This document shows positions 36,501 to 50,300 of a DNA stretch of 64,000 nt, piece by piece. The notes beneath the pieces were generated by a model. It was given only the letters and a program-made list of their open reading frames with translations, was not told the DNA's origin and searched no databases. This stretch comes from Lingula anatina. Lineage: Eukaryota; Animalia; Brachiopoda. The translations under genes and the position numbers were made by a program. Numbering within the stretch: position 1 is the first letter of the stretch; the number at the start of each line of letters is the position of its first letter. The stretch covers positions 13,082,001 to 13,146,000 of the forward strand of contig CM120640.1 in the NCBI GenBank assembly GCA_051362555.1. Direction: 5' to 3'.

Positions 36501-38905
36501 CTTTGAATCCACCCATGTGTCATGCAGTTACACAGTAGCTTATATTTTGTAGTCAGGATGCTCTGTTGTGGCAATCCACTGCAGTTCTCATGATGTCAGC
36601 CCCTGTAGCTACATAGCGATGACTGGAATTATAGCTGCTGGTAGCTTTTGTCTGGCCGTCATTTTATTACATTATAATTGAATCACAGGACATTGTATGT
36701 CAACAAAGAAAGTTCAGATTACCTGCTATGAAACAATTTGAACCTTAACTTACAGTCACATAACAGTTAACGCCAGATGATTCTAAAGAAAGTCTCGTCT
36801 CGCATGTGCAGTGCATGCCAATCAAAAAGTTTTTTCATTCATCATGTAATGGATATTTTTGAAATCGGTATCCTTACTGATATCAAGATTATTTTATCTC
36901 AACCTAAAGATACAATTGATAGTTTTTTTTTTCAAAAGCAAAATTGATGTCTGGAGATAAAGTATATTAAGGTGAAATTATGAGAAATTTTTTAATTGAT
37001 CTAAATTCTACAAAGATATATATGGTTTAGGTGTACAATAATGTACTGTTCAACTTTAAATGTGATCACAAGCTGTTTTATGAGGTAATTTGAACTTTTT
37101 TGTTAAAGAAGGCTCACCTATGATAAAATTTCAAGTATTTAGACCCCTTTAACCCTGTCTAAAACAGCAGTTTAGTCTTCAGTAAAATTGGTTATTTGTA
37201 GAAAAGAGCTTTCCTCATCTCTTTGTGAAGAAATGAAAATGAAATGATATAGCTGTATAAGCAGTAACCACCTATTGACTGAACAGAATATAAATAACAT
37301 TGAAGAATAAGCTTAATTTAAATCTTAATGGCTGCAAAGTCTAATGATTAATCATCTTTGAACATATACCAGTATATTGAGAAGAAAACTAAACCCTTTC
37401 TCGTCCTTGTGAGATTACAGATCTTCTTTCGCTAGGGCCCTTCCTCTTGGAAACCATAGGACCAAATCAAATCTATGAACAGATAATTAACTCCTTAAAT
37501 CCTCACCAGGAAATGAGAGTCTGTACCTGTACATCTCCACACCATCACTGTCATGAGTCTGCGACAGGTATATTTGGCTGCCAGAATACTCAGTGTTTAT
37601 CACATAGCATAAAAAATACATAGTGGATTTAACTGACAGCTAAAATTTAATGTTAGGAGAAGAAATATTGATTGATTGCTGTGACTAATTATATGTTGTT
37701 TTTGAATTTTCACATCCAATGCTCTAGTTTAAATAAGAATATCCTTGATGTACATATTCTGACCTTTTATCCTCTTTTCTTATGACTCCTTATTCACTTT
37801 TTTTTTGGTATTCCTGCATAGCATGTACCCCTTATCATTGTCCATTCATAATTTAGTTAACCAAGGTATCTTTTATTAAGTTCTTTTTTTTTAAGTGGAG
37901 AAGGAATTGAAAATTAAAAGGGCATATTATACTTGTAAGACTGTGCCAGGAGCATATATTGTCTTTACACTGTGGGGACTATTCACCTTGTAGGGTCCAC
38001 TGCTTGTTTCGACTTTTCCATCTCATTTCATATATTTATATTAAAATCGTGTAACAAGGAGAAATAATTAATTCCTGCCTTTCAAAACACTGTCTCAAGT
38101 ATTGCCAGGTTGCTAACAAAAGAAAGTCAATTTTACTTGATTGTTGAATAAACATTATTCAAAATAGTTCATTTTGGATCAAAAGAAGTTTGAGCTCATT
38201 GGACAGGTGTTGCCTTAACATGGTCAAAGTGTCTTACAAATTTTGTCAAAGGTATATTTTCACGGGAGGTATATTGTTACTGTTGTTGTGATAATTCTTT
38301 CTTGCTCATGTGATGTGTCAACATTGTTGTAGCCCTCTGAAAGTTATACATGGATCATGTATTGCTAAATTGAGTAATGAAGGTTGTTGTATAAAAGGCA
38401 CAAGACATGTTTATAATTTTTTTTTTCATTTTTCAAAATAAAATTCAGGGCTGTAGGCTAAAAAATGACATTGGAGGTGGGGTGGCATAGGGGGTAGCTG
38501 GTCCATTTTATGGTTGTGAAAGTGCTAAAGCCTAAATTACATTAACACGGCGCCGTGCGATGAAATTTTCGATATGATTTTATGAAATCGTAAGGAGCTA
38601 TGGGCTATGCCGAGTATGTCTACATTAGATGGCCTTAAATCAGTATGATTCCATGCAATTTTGCATGGCCACCGTCTACCTTCGCTCAGATGCCTTACGG
38701 GCATTGCATTTCAAATGTTATCTAGGCTTAAGAACTTTATAAAGATCCTGCTAACGTGATTTATTGAAAAACCTCTTTGGTATGGATAGGGGTACATGTA
38801 GATTTTTTTATGTACAGACACAGATGTGTCTGTACATATAGCCATCATCTGCGTCTGTCGTCGCCGTCGTCGCTGTCGTCGCCGTCGCCGTCGCCGTGCA
38901 CTTTT

Positions 38906-39535
38906 ACCGATAACACGATAAGTGGAAAACCATTTTACCTTTTGACTTGAAACTTGCAGAACTGATGAATATTCATAATACGCAGGTCAAGTTCGAAAAT
39001 CAGCATGATCGGGTCACTTTTAGGGAATTTATGCAGTTTTTTCACTTTTTTCAGCATATATGCAGCACCGATAACACGATAAGTGGAAAACTATTTTACC
39101 TTTTGACTTGAAACTTACAGAACTGATGAATATTCATAATACGCAGGTCAAGTTCGAAAATCAGCATGATCGGGTCACTTTTAGGGAATTTATGCTGTTT
39201 TTTTCACTTTTTTCAGCATATATGCAGCATCGATAACACGATAAGTGGAAAACCATTTTACCTTTTGACTTGAAACCTACAGAACTGATGAATATTCATA
39301 ATACGCAGGTCAAGTTCGAAAATCAGCATGATTGGGTTATTTTGAGGGAATTTATGCTGTTTTTTCACTATTTTCAATATAAATGCAACACTGATAACAC
39401 AATATAAGAAAAACGGATTGGCCAATTGTAATTATACTCACAGGAGTGGTCAATCTTACTAAAACGCAGGTTGAGTTCGAAAATCAGCATAATCGGGCCA
39501 TTATTTTAGAAGTTATACTGTTTTTTTCACATTTC
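38906..39535 (+). repeat. Tandem array 1: 4 units of about 161 bp
   Basis: Unit starts (ACCGATAACACGATAAGTGGAAAAC and variants) at 38906, 39067, 39229 and 39390; the last unit is diverged. Confidence 0.95.
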
Positions 39536-39536
39536 C

Positions 39537-41465
39537 TCAGATTCAATTCTTAAGCATGTTAACAGTCTCATTATTTAACTAATAAGATGCCTAAAAGTGT
39601 TTGTTTGATATTTCCTGCATCTTTACAACATTGTTAGTTGATTATGTAAAAAACATGGTAAACTTGTTATCATGTATTGTGTAATAAAGTGTCAAAAATG
39701 GAAATAAACTCATATCATTGCAGTTTGTCAGATTCAATCATCCACTATGTTCAGAATCTCAGAATGGAGGAAATTGGACATTTAACACTGTTCTATTGAT
39801 ACTTTTCCCATCTTATCAATTTTTTTAGTTGGTCATATAAAAATGGCAGTAAAATGTTTATTTTGTTTTATGTTAAAAAAGTGTTAAAAATGGAAATAAA
39901 CCCATTTCAGAACAGTGCTATCTTGTTTAGCATATATGCAGCACCGATAACACGATAAATGGAAAACCATTTTATCTTTTGGCTTGAAACTTACAGAACT
40001 GATGAATATTCATAATACGCAGGTCAAGTTCGAAAATCAGCATGATCGGGTCACTTTTAGGGAATTTATGCTGTTTTTTCACTTTTTTCAGCATATATGC
40101 AGCACCGATAACACAATAAGTGGAAAACCGTTTTACCTTTTGGCTTGAAACTTACAGAACTGATGAAGATTCATAATACACAGGTCAAGTTCGAAAATCA
40201 GCATGATTGGGTCATTTTTAGGGAATTTATGCTGTTTTTTCACTTTTTTCAGCATATATGCAGCACCGATAACATGATAAGTGGAAAACCATTTTACCTT
40301 TTGGCTTGAAACTTACAGAACTGATGAATATTCATAATACGCAGGTCAAGTTTGAAAATCGGCATGATTGGGTTATTTTTAGGGAATTTATGCTAATTTT
40401 TCACTTTTTTCAGCATATATGCAGCACCGATAACACGATAAGTGGAAAACCAATTAACCTTTTGGCTTGAAACTTGCAGAACTGATGAATATTCATAATA
40501 GGCAGGTCAAGTTCGAAAATCAGCATGATTGGATCATTGTTAGGGAATTTATGCTGTTTTTTCACTTTTTTCAGCATATATGCAGCACTGATAACACAAT
40601 AAGTGGAAAACTGTTTTTTCTTTTGGCTTGAAACTTACAGAACTAATGAATATTCATAATACACAGGTCAAGTTTGAAAATCAACAAGATTGGGCAATTT
40701 TTATGGAAGTTATCCTGTTTTTTTTTTTTTTTTTTCAATTTTTTCAGCACTTTTGTAACACCGATAACTTGATAAGTGTAAAAATGTTTTTCCTTTTGGA
40801 TTGAAATTTACAGAACTGGTGAATATTTATAATACGCAGGTCAAGTTTGAAAATTGGCATGATTGGACTATTTTAACAAAAGTAATGCTGTTTTTTTCCT
40901 TTATTCAGCATACATGCAACACTGATAACGCATTTTAAGGAAAACCAATCAGCCTTTTATCTTGCAACTCACAGGAGTGATCAATCTGACCAGTATACAG
41001 ATCAAGTTTGAAAATAAGCTTGATCAGTTAAGTTTTGATGAAGTTATTAGCCTTTTTGTATATAAGTGGTTTTTCTTCAGATTTAATTCTTAAGCATGTT
41101 AACAGTCTCATTACAGAACTAATTGGATGTGTAAAAGTGTTGTTTTAACATTTTCTGCTTCTTAACAATATTGTTAGTTGATTATATAAAAATGATGGTA
41201 AACCTATTATAGTGCATTGTGTAATAAAGTATCAAAAATGGAAAGGAACTCATCATTGCAGTTTGTCAGATTCAATCATTCACTATGTTCAGAATCTCCA
41301 AATGGAGCAAATTGGACATTATAAATTGTTCTATTTATATTTTTCCTATGTCAACAATTTTCCTAGTTGATCATATAAAAATGACAGTAAATTGATTATT
41401 GTTTTATGTAAAAAAGGTGTTGAAAATGGAAAGAAAATCATTTCAGTACAGTTATCTCTTGTTAA
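39537..41465 (+). repeat. About 390-bp tail duplicated after each array (about 39537-39925 and 41078-41465)
   Basis: Both copies begin CAGATTYAATTCTTAAGCATGTTAACAGTCTCATTA, share CATTGCAGTTTGTCAGATTCAATCAT..CACTATGTTCAGAATCTC, and end CATTTCAG..CAGT..TATCT. Confidence 0.9.
39943..41077 (+). repeat. Tandem array 2: 7 units of the same 161-bp repeat
   Basis: Unit starts at 39943, 40104, 40265, 40426, 40587, 40760 and 40921; the last units are diverged. Confidence 0.95.
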
Positions 41466-41817
41466 CATTTTGGCATTTTGAAAGTGTGACTCTGAACTTC
41501 CATGTCCTTGGAGACCTTTCCATATCACATTTTCTGAATATCCATGATACTTTTATTTTTTTTTTATAAAAAAATTGATGGTTTATTGCTGGTAAGTATT
41601 ATGTTATATTGCATGAAAGTTGAAGAAAACCCTACTTTGTACACTGCTGCCAGGATAGCGATTAAGGGAAAACCATGTTACTTATGATAATCAACCTTAC
41701 TGAAAAGACTGAAGTGCAGCTTGTGTTGGAAAACCATTGTAATTGTTTTCTGTTTTGAAAGCAATGCAGTAGAGTGCTATTTGGTGCAATAAATGTATAT
41801 GGATAGTAGGCAGTTAA

Positions 41818-41900
41818 TTCAGGGTTGTAAAGTAATTTGCTTAATTGATTTTCAAGTTATTTCAGGGTTATAAAATAATTTGCTTAATTGATTTTCAAGT
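41818..41900 (+). repeat. 43-bp tandem duplication
   Basis: TTCAGGGTT.TAAA.TAATTTGCTTAATTGATTTTCAAGT occurs twice. Confidence 0.8.
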
Positions 41901-42591
41901 GGCCATTAAATGAGATTACATAAACACACATTGAGATTTCATTGTAAAGTCCCATAGGTTTAGCTCTCTTAACTGTGTCACATAATTAGGAATCGATTAT
42001 TATTATGCAGGTAAATGTTATTTAATATTGAAAATAAGTTTACAAAAGAAAAATTTTGTGTAACGCTTACATTAATGTTAAGATGAATAACAGTGCCTTA
42101 TTATTCTCAAACTCAATAGGGTTATTCATATCATGTTAGTAATTGTACAGCTAGATTAAAAGTTTGAATAGCAGCTTTATTGGTATTTTTTGTTGTTTTA
42201 TTTTACATTTTCTTTAAATTTTTTTTTCAAACACTAGCATCTTCAAGATGACACTTTCAACTGTCATCCACCAGAAGCGCTGTGTATTTTGTTTTTCCAC
42301 ATTAGCAGTTGTGTTGGTTTTTATGTCTTTAAACATTGTGTAATATTATTTTTTGCACTGTCATCATTTTTCACATATAGGGATTTTCATTATGTGAATT
42401 TGAAGTCTCACATATGGTCCTGAAACTGAATCTTATTGACCATGTTATTCTGTTGTATATATTTTTGAAATTTTTATCTTTTACCTACTGGCATTTTCAG
42501 TGTGGGACTTATAACTCCCAAGGGTATGTAACAGTTCACTTTTATTGATACTACCTGTTGTGCAATATTTGCAACTTGACTTTACAGTTAA

Positions 42592-42800
42592 AGGGATAAT
42601 AACTGTTCTTTTTTGGCAAATAATTTTTTTTCTAAAAAGTTTTTTTTGTTAAAATCTCTTAAGAAATTATTACAAAGTATAGCCACCTATGGAGGTCACA
42701 TGGTCTGATGACAAGTTCAGATATCAGAATAATAGCTATGACTGCCCTTTTTGTGGTAAAACAAAATATATTATATTTCTGTGACTTGTTTACACTGTTT
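42592..42800 (-). mobile_element. Third, inverted, internally deleted and truncated copy of the same MITE, nested in the HINE-like element
   Basis: TTAA|AGGGATAATAAC followed by the reverse complement of the internal sequence (ctaaaaagttt, gttaaaatctcttaaga, ggaggtcacatggtct, atatcagaataatagcta, ttgtggtaaaa). Confidence 0.75.
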
Positions 42801-43001
42801 AAACTGAAGTTGGATGATTCATATCATGGTTATGCAGCTAGACTGAATTGAGCTTTAGTGGAATATTTTTGTAATTTTTTCTTTAATTTTTAATTTTTCA
42901 AACTGGCATTTTCAAGATGTGACTTATCACTCCCATCCACCAGGAGCCCTGTACTGTAACTTTGTAACACTTTCTGTATTTTTTTAACTTACAAGTATGA
43001 T

Positions 43002-43002
43002 T

Positions 43003-43064
<62 letters not shown>
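43002..43064. repeat. (TA)n microsatellite
   Basis: About 30 TA units with one interruption. Confidence 0.95.
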
Positions 43065-43076
<12 letters not shown>

Positions 43077-44306
43077 ATTGAGTTTAAGCAATGAGTTTAA
43101 GAAATTTTCACTTTATCTCATTCTGGCATTTCCAAAGTTTAACTCTTATCAGCCTCAAGCCTTAGGGACTATTTCCACACCCTATCACGCTAACTGTGGA
43201 TCGATGTATCTCCAAGGGAATTCTCGCTAAATTGCAATCAATGTAAGTGGCTTAGCTGTCTGTCACGCCTACTGAAACTGGCATGCCAGAATCCTAAGCC
43301 GCTTAAACTGAAAGCAATTTAGTGAGAAACCCCTTGGAGTTGGATTGATCCTGTTAGATTGATCTAGGTATGGGAACTCAGTCTAATGCTTGTTACACAT
43401 TTTACTTTCATCCTAATTCAATGTTATGCAGAATTAGAATTTGATGTTGGCTATGCAGTTACAGTAAGCATAATACATTAATGCATCAAAATTGACAGTA
43501 TCCTATTTCCTGCGCTTTTTTTCTGTTTTTTGTCTGTACATTTGACAGCTTTGCTGCCTTGCTCTTTTTTTCTTTGCTTTTTTTCATATTCTGGCATTTG
43601 AGTTATTCATTTGTTTATTTATAATAAGTTTGCTACTTGCTAGCTTTTTTATTTTGCCTCCTCAACAGATATTTCTTTAGCATGCTTCAATTTTTAAAAT
43701 CCAATTATAGCTTAATTTGTATGGCAAAACTCTGCATTGATTCTTACACTCTCATATTTAATCTAAAGCATATTGGTATTTGCTATTTATATACTTTATG
43801 GGCACTCACAGCTTAAATCTGCCATTAAACCATCACTTATTCAGAAGCTCATACTAAAGTTTGAGCTTCCTTTCTGTGTATTCTCTATGTGAACTTACAG
43901 GGCAGAATTGTTAACCATTAAGTTGGATGTTTATAGGGATACCTGACTGATGTGGTGTTATATTGATAGTAATTAGAGTATGGTATTTTGGGTACTGTCT
44001 CCTCCAGATTGGGTGTCAGTGTCTCAGAATGAAAGAAAGCGATGTGATACTGGTTTCAGTCACCCATGCATCATTATTCCAGACATTCACATTTTGTAAA
44101 GGGGCTTAAAGATTTGGTTTCAATGTTGAGAGATGAAAAAACCCAATTGGATTTAAAGTGACATAATCCTTGTAAGATATTCCTTTAGGGGACATTTTTT
44201 CTTCAAAATATACAGAAATATGTTTGTCAGAAATTGATTTATTCTGCAAAATTTGCACTGTGCATTTCTTCTTATTCATTCTTCTTTATTGCTAGAAGTA
44301 AAAGAA

Positions 44307-44308
<2 letters not shown>

Positions 44309-44346
<38 letters not shown>
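44309..44346. repeat. poly(T) tract
   Basis: 38 consecutive T. Confidence 0.95.
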
Positions 44347-44348
<2 letters not shown>

Positions 44349-47300
44349 AATTAACTGGATGTAAATGAATGAATTATCTACCAAACATAGAATAAGTGTT
44401 GTAATTGAATAGACGAAATCAACCAAAAGAAGCTTTGGATTAAGCTGAAGGTAATTTGTATACAAACTTGTTTGCTTTTCTACTAATTCAACTACTTTTC
44501 AATGTACGTCCAGGTACATATTTCTAAAAAGTTCCTTCCACCTGTACTGTCATATACATTTTACATTTGACTTCTCTTGTGATTTCATTCATAAAAGTGT
44601 TGTTTATTCGGCTGGGTCTCAAATCACAGGTAGGTTATCTTAATGACTCATATGTGATTTTAATCTTTATGATCCGCTGAAAAGTTTGTCATCACGTTGT
44701 GGATGTTGTTTTTGTAGTGCTCTGTCATGTTTTGACTTCCAGATGTGAAATGGGTGTGAGGTTGTGTGTTAAGGGCCTTTTGTGATACACTGCCTTTTCA
44801 GAGTCTAACGTACTTCTTAAGAAACTACATTGTATATAGGTGACCTTAATGAGGGTAAAGAACTCCGTAATAATGCAGGGCCATTACAAGCAGAAAAGCT
44901 AGCTGTTGGCTTTTGAGAATCAAACCCTCGGCTAATGTGAACATGCTAGGACACACACACGGTGCGGCGTACTCTAACCAAACTTTCATCTTTGCAAACT
45001 AATGTAAACTGAATTTTGAGATATTTATACATTCTTGCTGAGCATTGAACCCTAATTGCAAACATCTCTAAGAACCTGTAGCTGTAAAATAAAGACGGAA
45101 AAAGAAATTTGTACCTACTGACTTCTTCTTGGATTTTTCTCTGCTTCATGAGAATTTTTTTGAAGAATTAACTTCTTATCCATAATTTGGCAAGTAGACA
45201 CATAAATCTTGTATTCAAACCTCAGAGGAATTTATTACTCTGGTGTCAGGTGAGCTGTTCCTAGCTCTCCTCACAAGCAACGCTTCAAACTTTTTCAAAT
45301 CTTTATCTGCCAACATGTGTTTTAGAAATGTACACATCTATTTATAGATCTCTCACCTGATCTTCTCTGGTATCTGTGGTGATAGAGAAGCAGCTGGAAT
45401 GACACCTCTTACGATACCACTGATATACAAGAAGGTGGTCTGTTATTTCTCTTGAGGTTCAGGAACCACACAAAAGTAAATGAGCTAGCCTTTAGCTTGG
45501 GTCTAGTATTTCTTTTCCTCAAAGCTTTTCAGTTTCTGGTCATTTCCGCAACCTTGAGTAAGACCTCATGAATGTCCTCTGGCTTTTTTTTATAACCATT
45601 CCCTCTGTTTGTTCAATGTCGCCTGGGTTTTTGATACTGTTTGCATTTAGCAATCTAAGCGTGAAGGGACCCTGGGTTTATCTTTATACACTTTCATGAT
45701 ATTTCTGTGGCTTCTCAAGGATCACATTTCTTATTTCTCCTTTTTTTATAGTTGAGGGATTTTATGTACACCTGCAAGCTTTATTTTTGTAAAGAGGGGG
45801 TTGTGTTGTGACTTTGTATCTCTTAGTTGATAACTTTTAGGTCCCGAATAAAGTTTGTTACAGGGATGTCAATCTTCACAGATATTGAGTCACTCTTCAT
45901 TTGTTCTGTGTATTGTATCTCAACGCATGTGCTGCATTTGCACGTGTAGATCTTGTTCCCTAGTCGAATGGTAGTCAGTTAATTGAATTTGAGGGATACA
46001 TGTCTGTCTGAATTTGAACTTATAAAAGAAAAACAAAAACAACAAATGTTTAAATTCAGCAGATTAAAAGATAACTAGTTTTACCCCTGACATATGTAAA
46101 GAAGTGTGTATACTGGAAGTGGGGTGGCTGTTTATCTGTTTCTTTGTATGTCTGTCTACCTGACCATCCCAATTTTGTTTTCCTTTAGACACAATTCATT
46201 TCTAGTAAGATTTGATACACACAAATACCTTAACATGCACTGATTTCCCTTTTGCATTTTTTTTTCATTTAAAGTTTTTTTTACTTTTGTTTAAAAAATT
46301 GTATTGGAATTTATGGGTTTTGCCCAGTGATGCTGTCAATTAAATTATATTAACCACACAGCCATTCGAGGCATTTTTAACATGCCCACAAGAAATTCCT
46401 GTTGAGCACTGTTTTCTCCTATAGAAACAAAGATGCCCTTGCACTGAGAGAAAAAAAGTCGGCATTTCTTTTGTACCTATGCATTAATTCTGATATAAAT
46501 ATGTGACAAGATGTGCATCATTTGACAAATGCTTTTCCTAACTAGTCTGACTCCAACCTAATTGTGCAACACACAGATTTTCTGTATAGTGGAATCTTTT
46601 GTAAATCGGCCTTGGCAAAATAAAGCTAAGCTTACCTTGTCCTATGAACCGAGGAGAGACTGTGCCTGCAGGCCTGAGGTGCTCGGTCCTTTATGTCCTG
46701 CAATCAGGCCGGGTACCATTTCATAGTCTAGGTGCGGTAATCTACAGTCATTCATCAGACCCATTCACAAAGTCTAACAGTTCACGGGACAATAATACAT
46801 TTGTCAACTGCAGAAAAACTGATATTAAGTTTCCCATTTTAGTGTTCAGTAGTAAGTAGATATTGTCGATAACCTCAGGAAACCCGATTATGAAGATTTA
46901 CTTAACTTCTGTTGACACGCTGAACATATAAATTGCATCCTGTGACTTTAATGTCACATTTCATAGAGGGGACGTTTGCATTATGTATTTATGAAATTCT
47001 GTGGTTGAATTGAAACATCTAGCAAAAGTAGAAGGGAAAGTTGAGTTTACGGAAATAATTGACCTCTTAACTAGAATTTAAACCATTTTCTGCTACTTCT
47101 AGCACTATGCTAAATGTTTTTACAAAGCTCTAATGTATTGCCAAAGTGCATAATGTAAGAAGATAGCAGGGTGTTTCTGAGATTGACAGAAAGATACTGG
47201 ACAAATGAGTGTCTGAAACTGCTGAAATCTTGCCTGAGCATGACTTGGTTTCAAAATCAATAAAATGAAAGAAACTTTGGAAGATTAGTGTGGAAGTGTA

Positions 47301-50300
47301 TACAAGGGAACTTCTTGCCTTGCTGTAATGGAGCGGCATGGTCAGATATCATTCCCTATCACTAGAGAAAACAAAATACAAGCATTGTTCCACCGCTTCC
47401 TGTAGGTGTGTGAATGAAACCAATTCAGCATAAGTTGAGGTGTTTGTCCCCCCCAAAAAAAGGGCTACAGACAGAAAAGAAAAAAGAAAAAATAGGTAGT
47501 CAGTAGTCAATTTCATGCAACTGATAAGCAGCATCAACAGATAGTTTTAGTTTGTACAGCTCTCCAATTTCTGTTTACCAATTCAGAACCCCTCAGAGAA
47601 AGGGCTGATAGATAGGGTATCTTTGGGTCACTTGACAGCACACCCCTGCTAGAACAGCGGAAAAAGTTGTCTCTTTGTTGATATAAGTATGTCCTGTGGG
47701 AGAGATCACTCTGTTGTTGTGGAAGGTTTTTAGCGTAGGCGGGAGATGTACTTTTTCAATGAATTTTTATTCAAATTGTAAAAAGACATTTTAAAAGTGA
47801 AAATAGCATTTTTCTTTTGTTTTATATATTATTTGGGCTTGCTAATGTATTTCATTTAGATTTATTGTAATATTACATTGATGATGACTTAAAAGATCCG
47901 ATGGCCTGTCAGGATGTCATGCTTGGCCTCTGAAAAAGTTCACAGTTATACAAACATTAACTGTTTAGTCTCACCTTGTTGGGGCAAGATTGATTGTGGA
48001 ATATGGGTGGTCTTCCCACTACTGTGACAAGCCATCCTTATCCCATTTGCTTTTAGAATAAAAAACCTAAGGGGACTATCATGTCATTATGAAATTCTGA
48101 TTATAGTTATACTCAGTCTGAAATGACTTCATTAGAGGTTTAAGTTACTAACTGCTGCTTGTTTTTATTCATGCATTCTTAATTGTGAGGTGGTATGAGC
48201 GAAAACATACAAAAGATTTCGTAACACTGACATGTACTGTTGACAATAATGTTTACCAAAGTTTGTGTTTACTTTTTTTCCAAAATTGGAAGGCATCATT
48301 TGAAGTGAACTTTTTTTTAACAATACAACATTTTCAGGTTTAATGAACCAACAATATCTATTTGCACGTTTAGAATTGTAATTTAATCGGGTAACTTCCT
48401 TCAATTACTAAAACATAACTGTGAAGAGGTTTCAGTGCATTTACCTGACAGCTACGGTTGTGATAAAATGACTAACAAAAACTTTTTTCCATAAGAGCCA
48501 GGTCTTTGTAAAGTTCATGCTCGTAACATAACATACACACAGGGAAGGAAATCTGTACTAAAAATTGCAGAGAATCAATATAATGTATAGACATATTTCC
48601 TGCTTGTTAAAAATCTAATAGCCCAAGGGACATTGACACTAAGAGCACAAGTTTTTTGGTCACTTTATATGTGGGAAGCTGCAGGAAATTAAAACCCCTC
48701 TTGGTTCAGATTGGAGCCAAGACTGGAATTTTTTTTTCCAATGGAGGGTCGTCTAGATTTACTGACCTGGTAAATATTGACCAGTTGTACTTCCTGAACC
48801 CTTAGAACGCAGAAGCATTGAGAAGAGTATATTTGGTTCAACTTACTAATTGTTGGGAGGGGGAGGGGTTTGCTGATATTGAAAACAGTTGTGCATGATT
48901 AACTGAGGTATATGAGCGTAAGACAGGAAATATGTTCCATCATATATGATGTATACTTTTGTGATACTCCAGCTCCTGTTCAGTGTTTTCTGATTTGGAG
49001 TGTTTTTATAATATCCATAACACACTGGAATTTAAACAATTTAATATAATAGAGTATGATCACTGTTGATCATATTAGCTGCCACTGCCATTTCTTTCAA
49101 TAAAAGGACATTTTGGTGTTAGATAGATATTGGTACGTCAGTGTCCCGTGCTGTCAATGCACATACTTTTGCATTAATAAGATTTTGGCTTAAGAAAATA
49201 TTAGTACATATATAGTTGTCATCATCATCAGATAAGCCTCAGGCCTCATTCAATCAAGTCCTGCAGGTGTGAAATAGAACTAGGTAAACTGAGATTATGA
49301 TCAAAGAGGATTAGACTGTAAGATTTCTTCTTTACTTTTGGATGGCAATGTTTGGATTCTCTGATAATGATGTGTTGGGGACTGTGAGGAACCCCTAGAG
49401 CAGATAGATCCCACCCTGTGATAGGTCACACATGGCTAGTGTAGTATAGATCACACCCTGTGATAGGTCATGCCCCAGGTGTTATAATGAAGCCCAGGGT
49501 GATGGTCTCAGATGACAGTGCTTCACACATTCTGTAGTGTAAAATGATATTTAAGTACAGGGCTCATGTATTTGTTTTTGATTGAGTAATGGATTTAGTG
49601 CTCATTATGTTACTCTTTTTGTTCAAGAGCCTACCATTTTTATTTTTCAATATTCAATTTTGCTCAAAAGAATTTTGATACAAATGAGATTTTACATTAA
49701 GAATATGCTTGTGATGGAAGTAGATTGCTAATTGAAATCTTTACGATTCATTCAATCCTTGTCTCATATTTGGAATATTTGATGGACTTCTTCAGATCTT
49801 TCAGGATAATAATAACAAATTTCATTTTGTTCAAGAAACCATGCTGTGAGAGAGCACAAAAGATATGGTACAGTGTCCTCTTTGTGGGAATTGCTTTAAA
49901 AATGAAGATAAAATGCTATTTCAAGGTATCAGCTGTATGTTATTGCAGATTCTATCCCCTCATTACATCATTGAACAGAAAACTTACTGTCAAACAGGTG
50001 AAATAATCTGGGTGAAGTAGACAGGCCAGAGTAAACTGTCAAAGCGATGTCTAGATGAAGCAAAGAGGGGCATTGTCCACATATTTTTAAGCTGCTGATT
50101 GCTAAAATATGACCCCATTTGTTAAACAGGAGATGTGTGCTCAAAATTGAACAACTTTCTCGGCATAAATAATTATTCGTATGTCAAAAATTTCAGTGGG
50201 CATTTACCTAAAACTATCAAAGCTTGGTGGGCTGAAAGTGATCTTTTTATAAGTAAAATTTATAACATGTACACCATACTTATTTATCTACAAAAGAATT

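Larger units (their letters stand above)
38803..43564 (+). mobile_element. Helentron-associated interspersed element (HINE/DINE-1-like) carrying internal 161-bp tandem arrays
   Basis: 5' T-run, then a 14-bp-stem hairpin TATGTACAGACACA-GA-TGTGTCTGTACATA (38809-38838), a (GTC/GCC)n microsatellite (about 38852-38897), tandem arrays, a 3' subterminal inverted repeat TGTCTGTACAT (43531-43541), a short hairpin CAGC-TTT-GCTG (43546-43556) and a T-run. Confidence 0.72.

Noticed and set aside
38906-41077. Regularly spaced repeats as a possible CRISPR-like array
   Set aside because: Units are contiguous 161-bp repeats with no unique spacers, in a spliceosomal-intron genome with no cas genes; this is a satellite inside a mobile element.
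47170-47435. Stop-interrupted plus-strand frame ending CSTASCRCVNET (like a LINE C-terminus)
   Set aside because: No RT or endonuclease motifs recognisable; too degenerate to call without a search.
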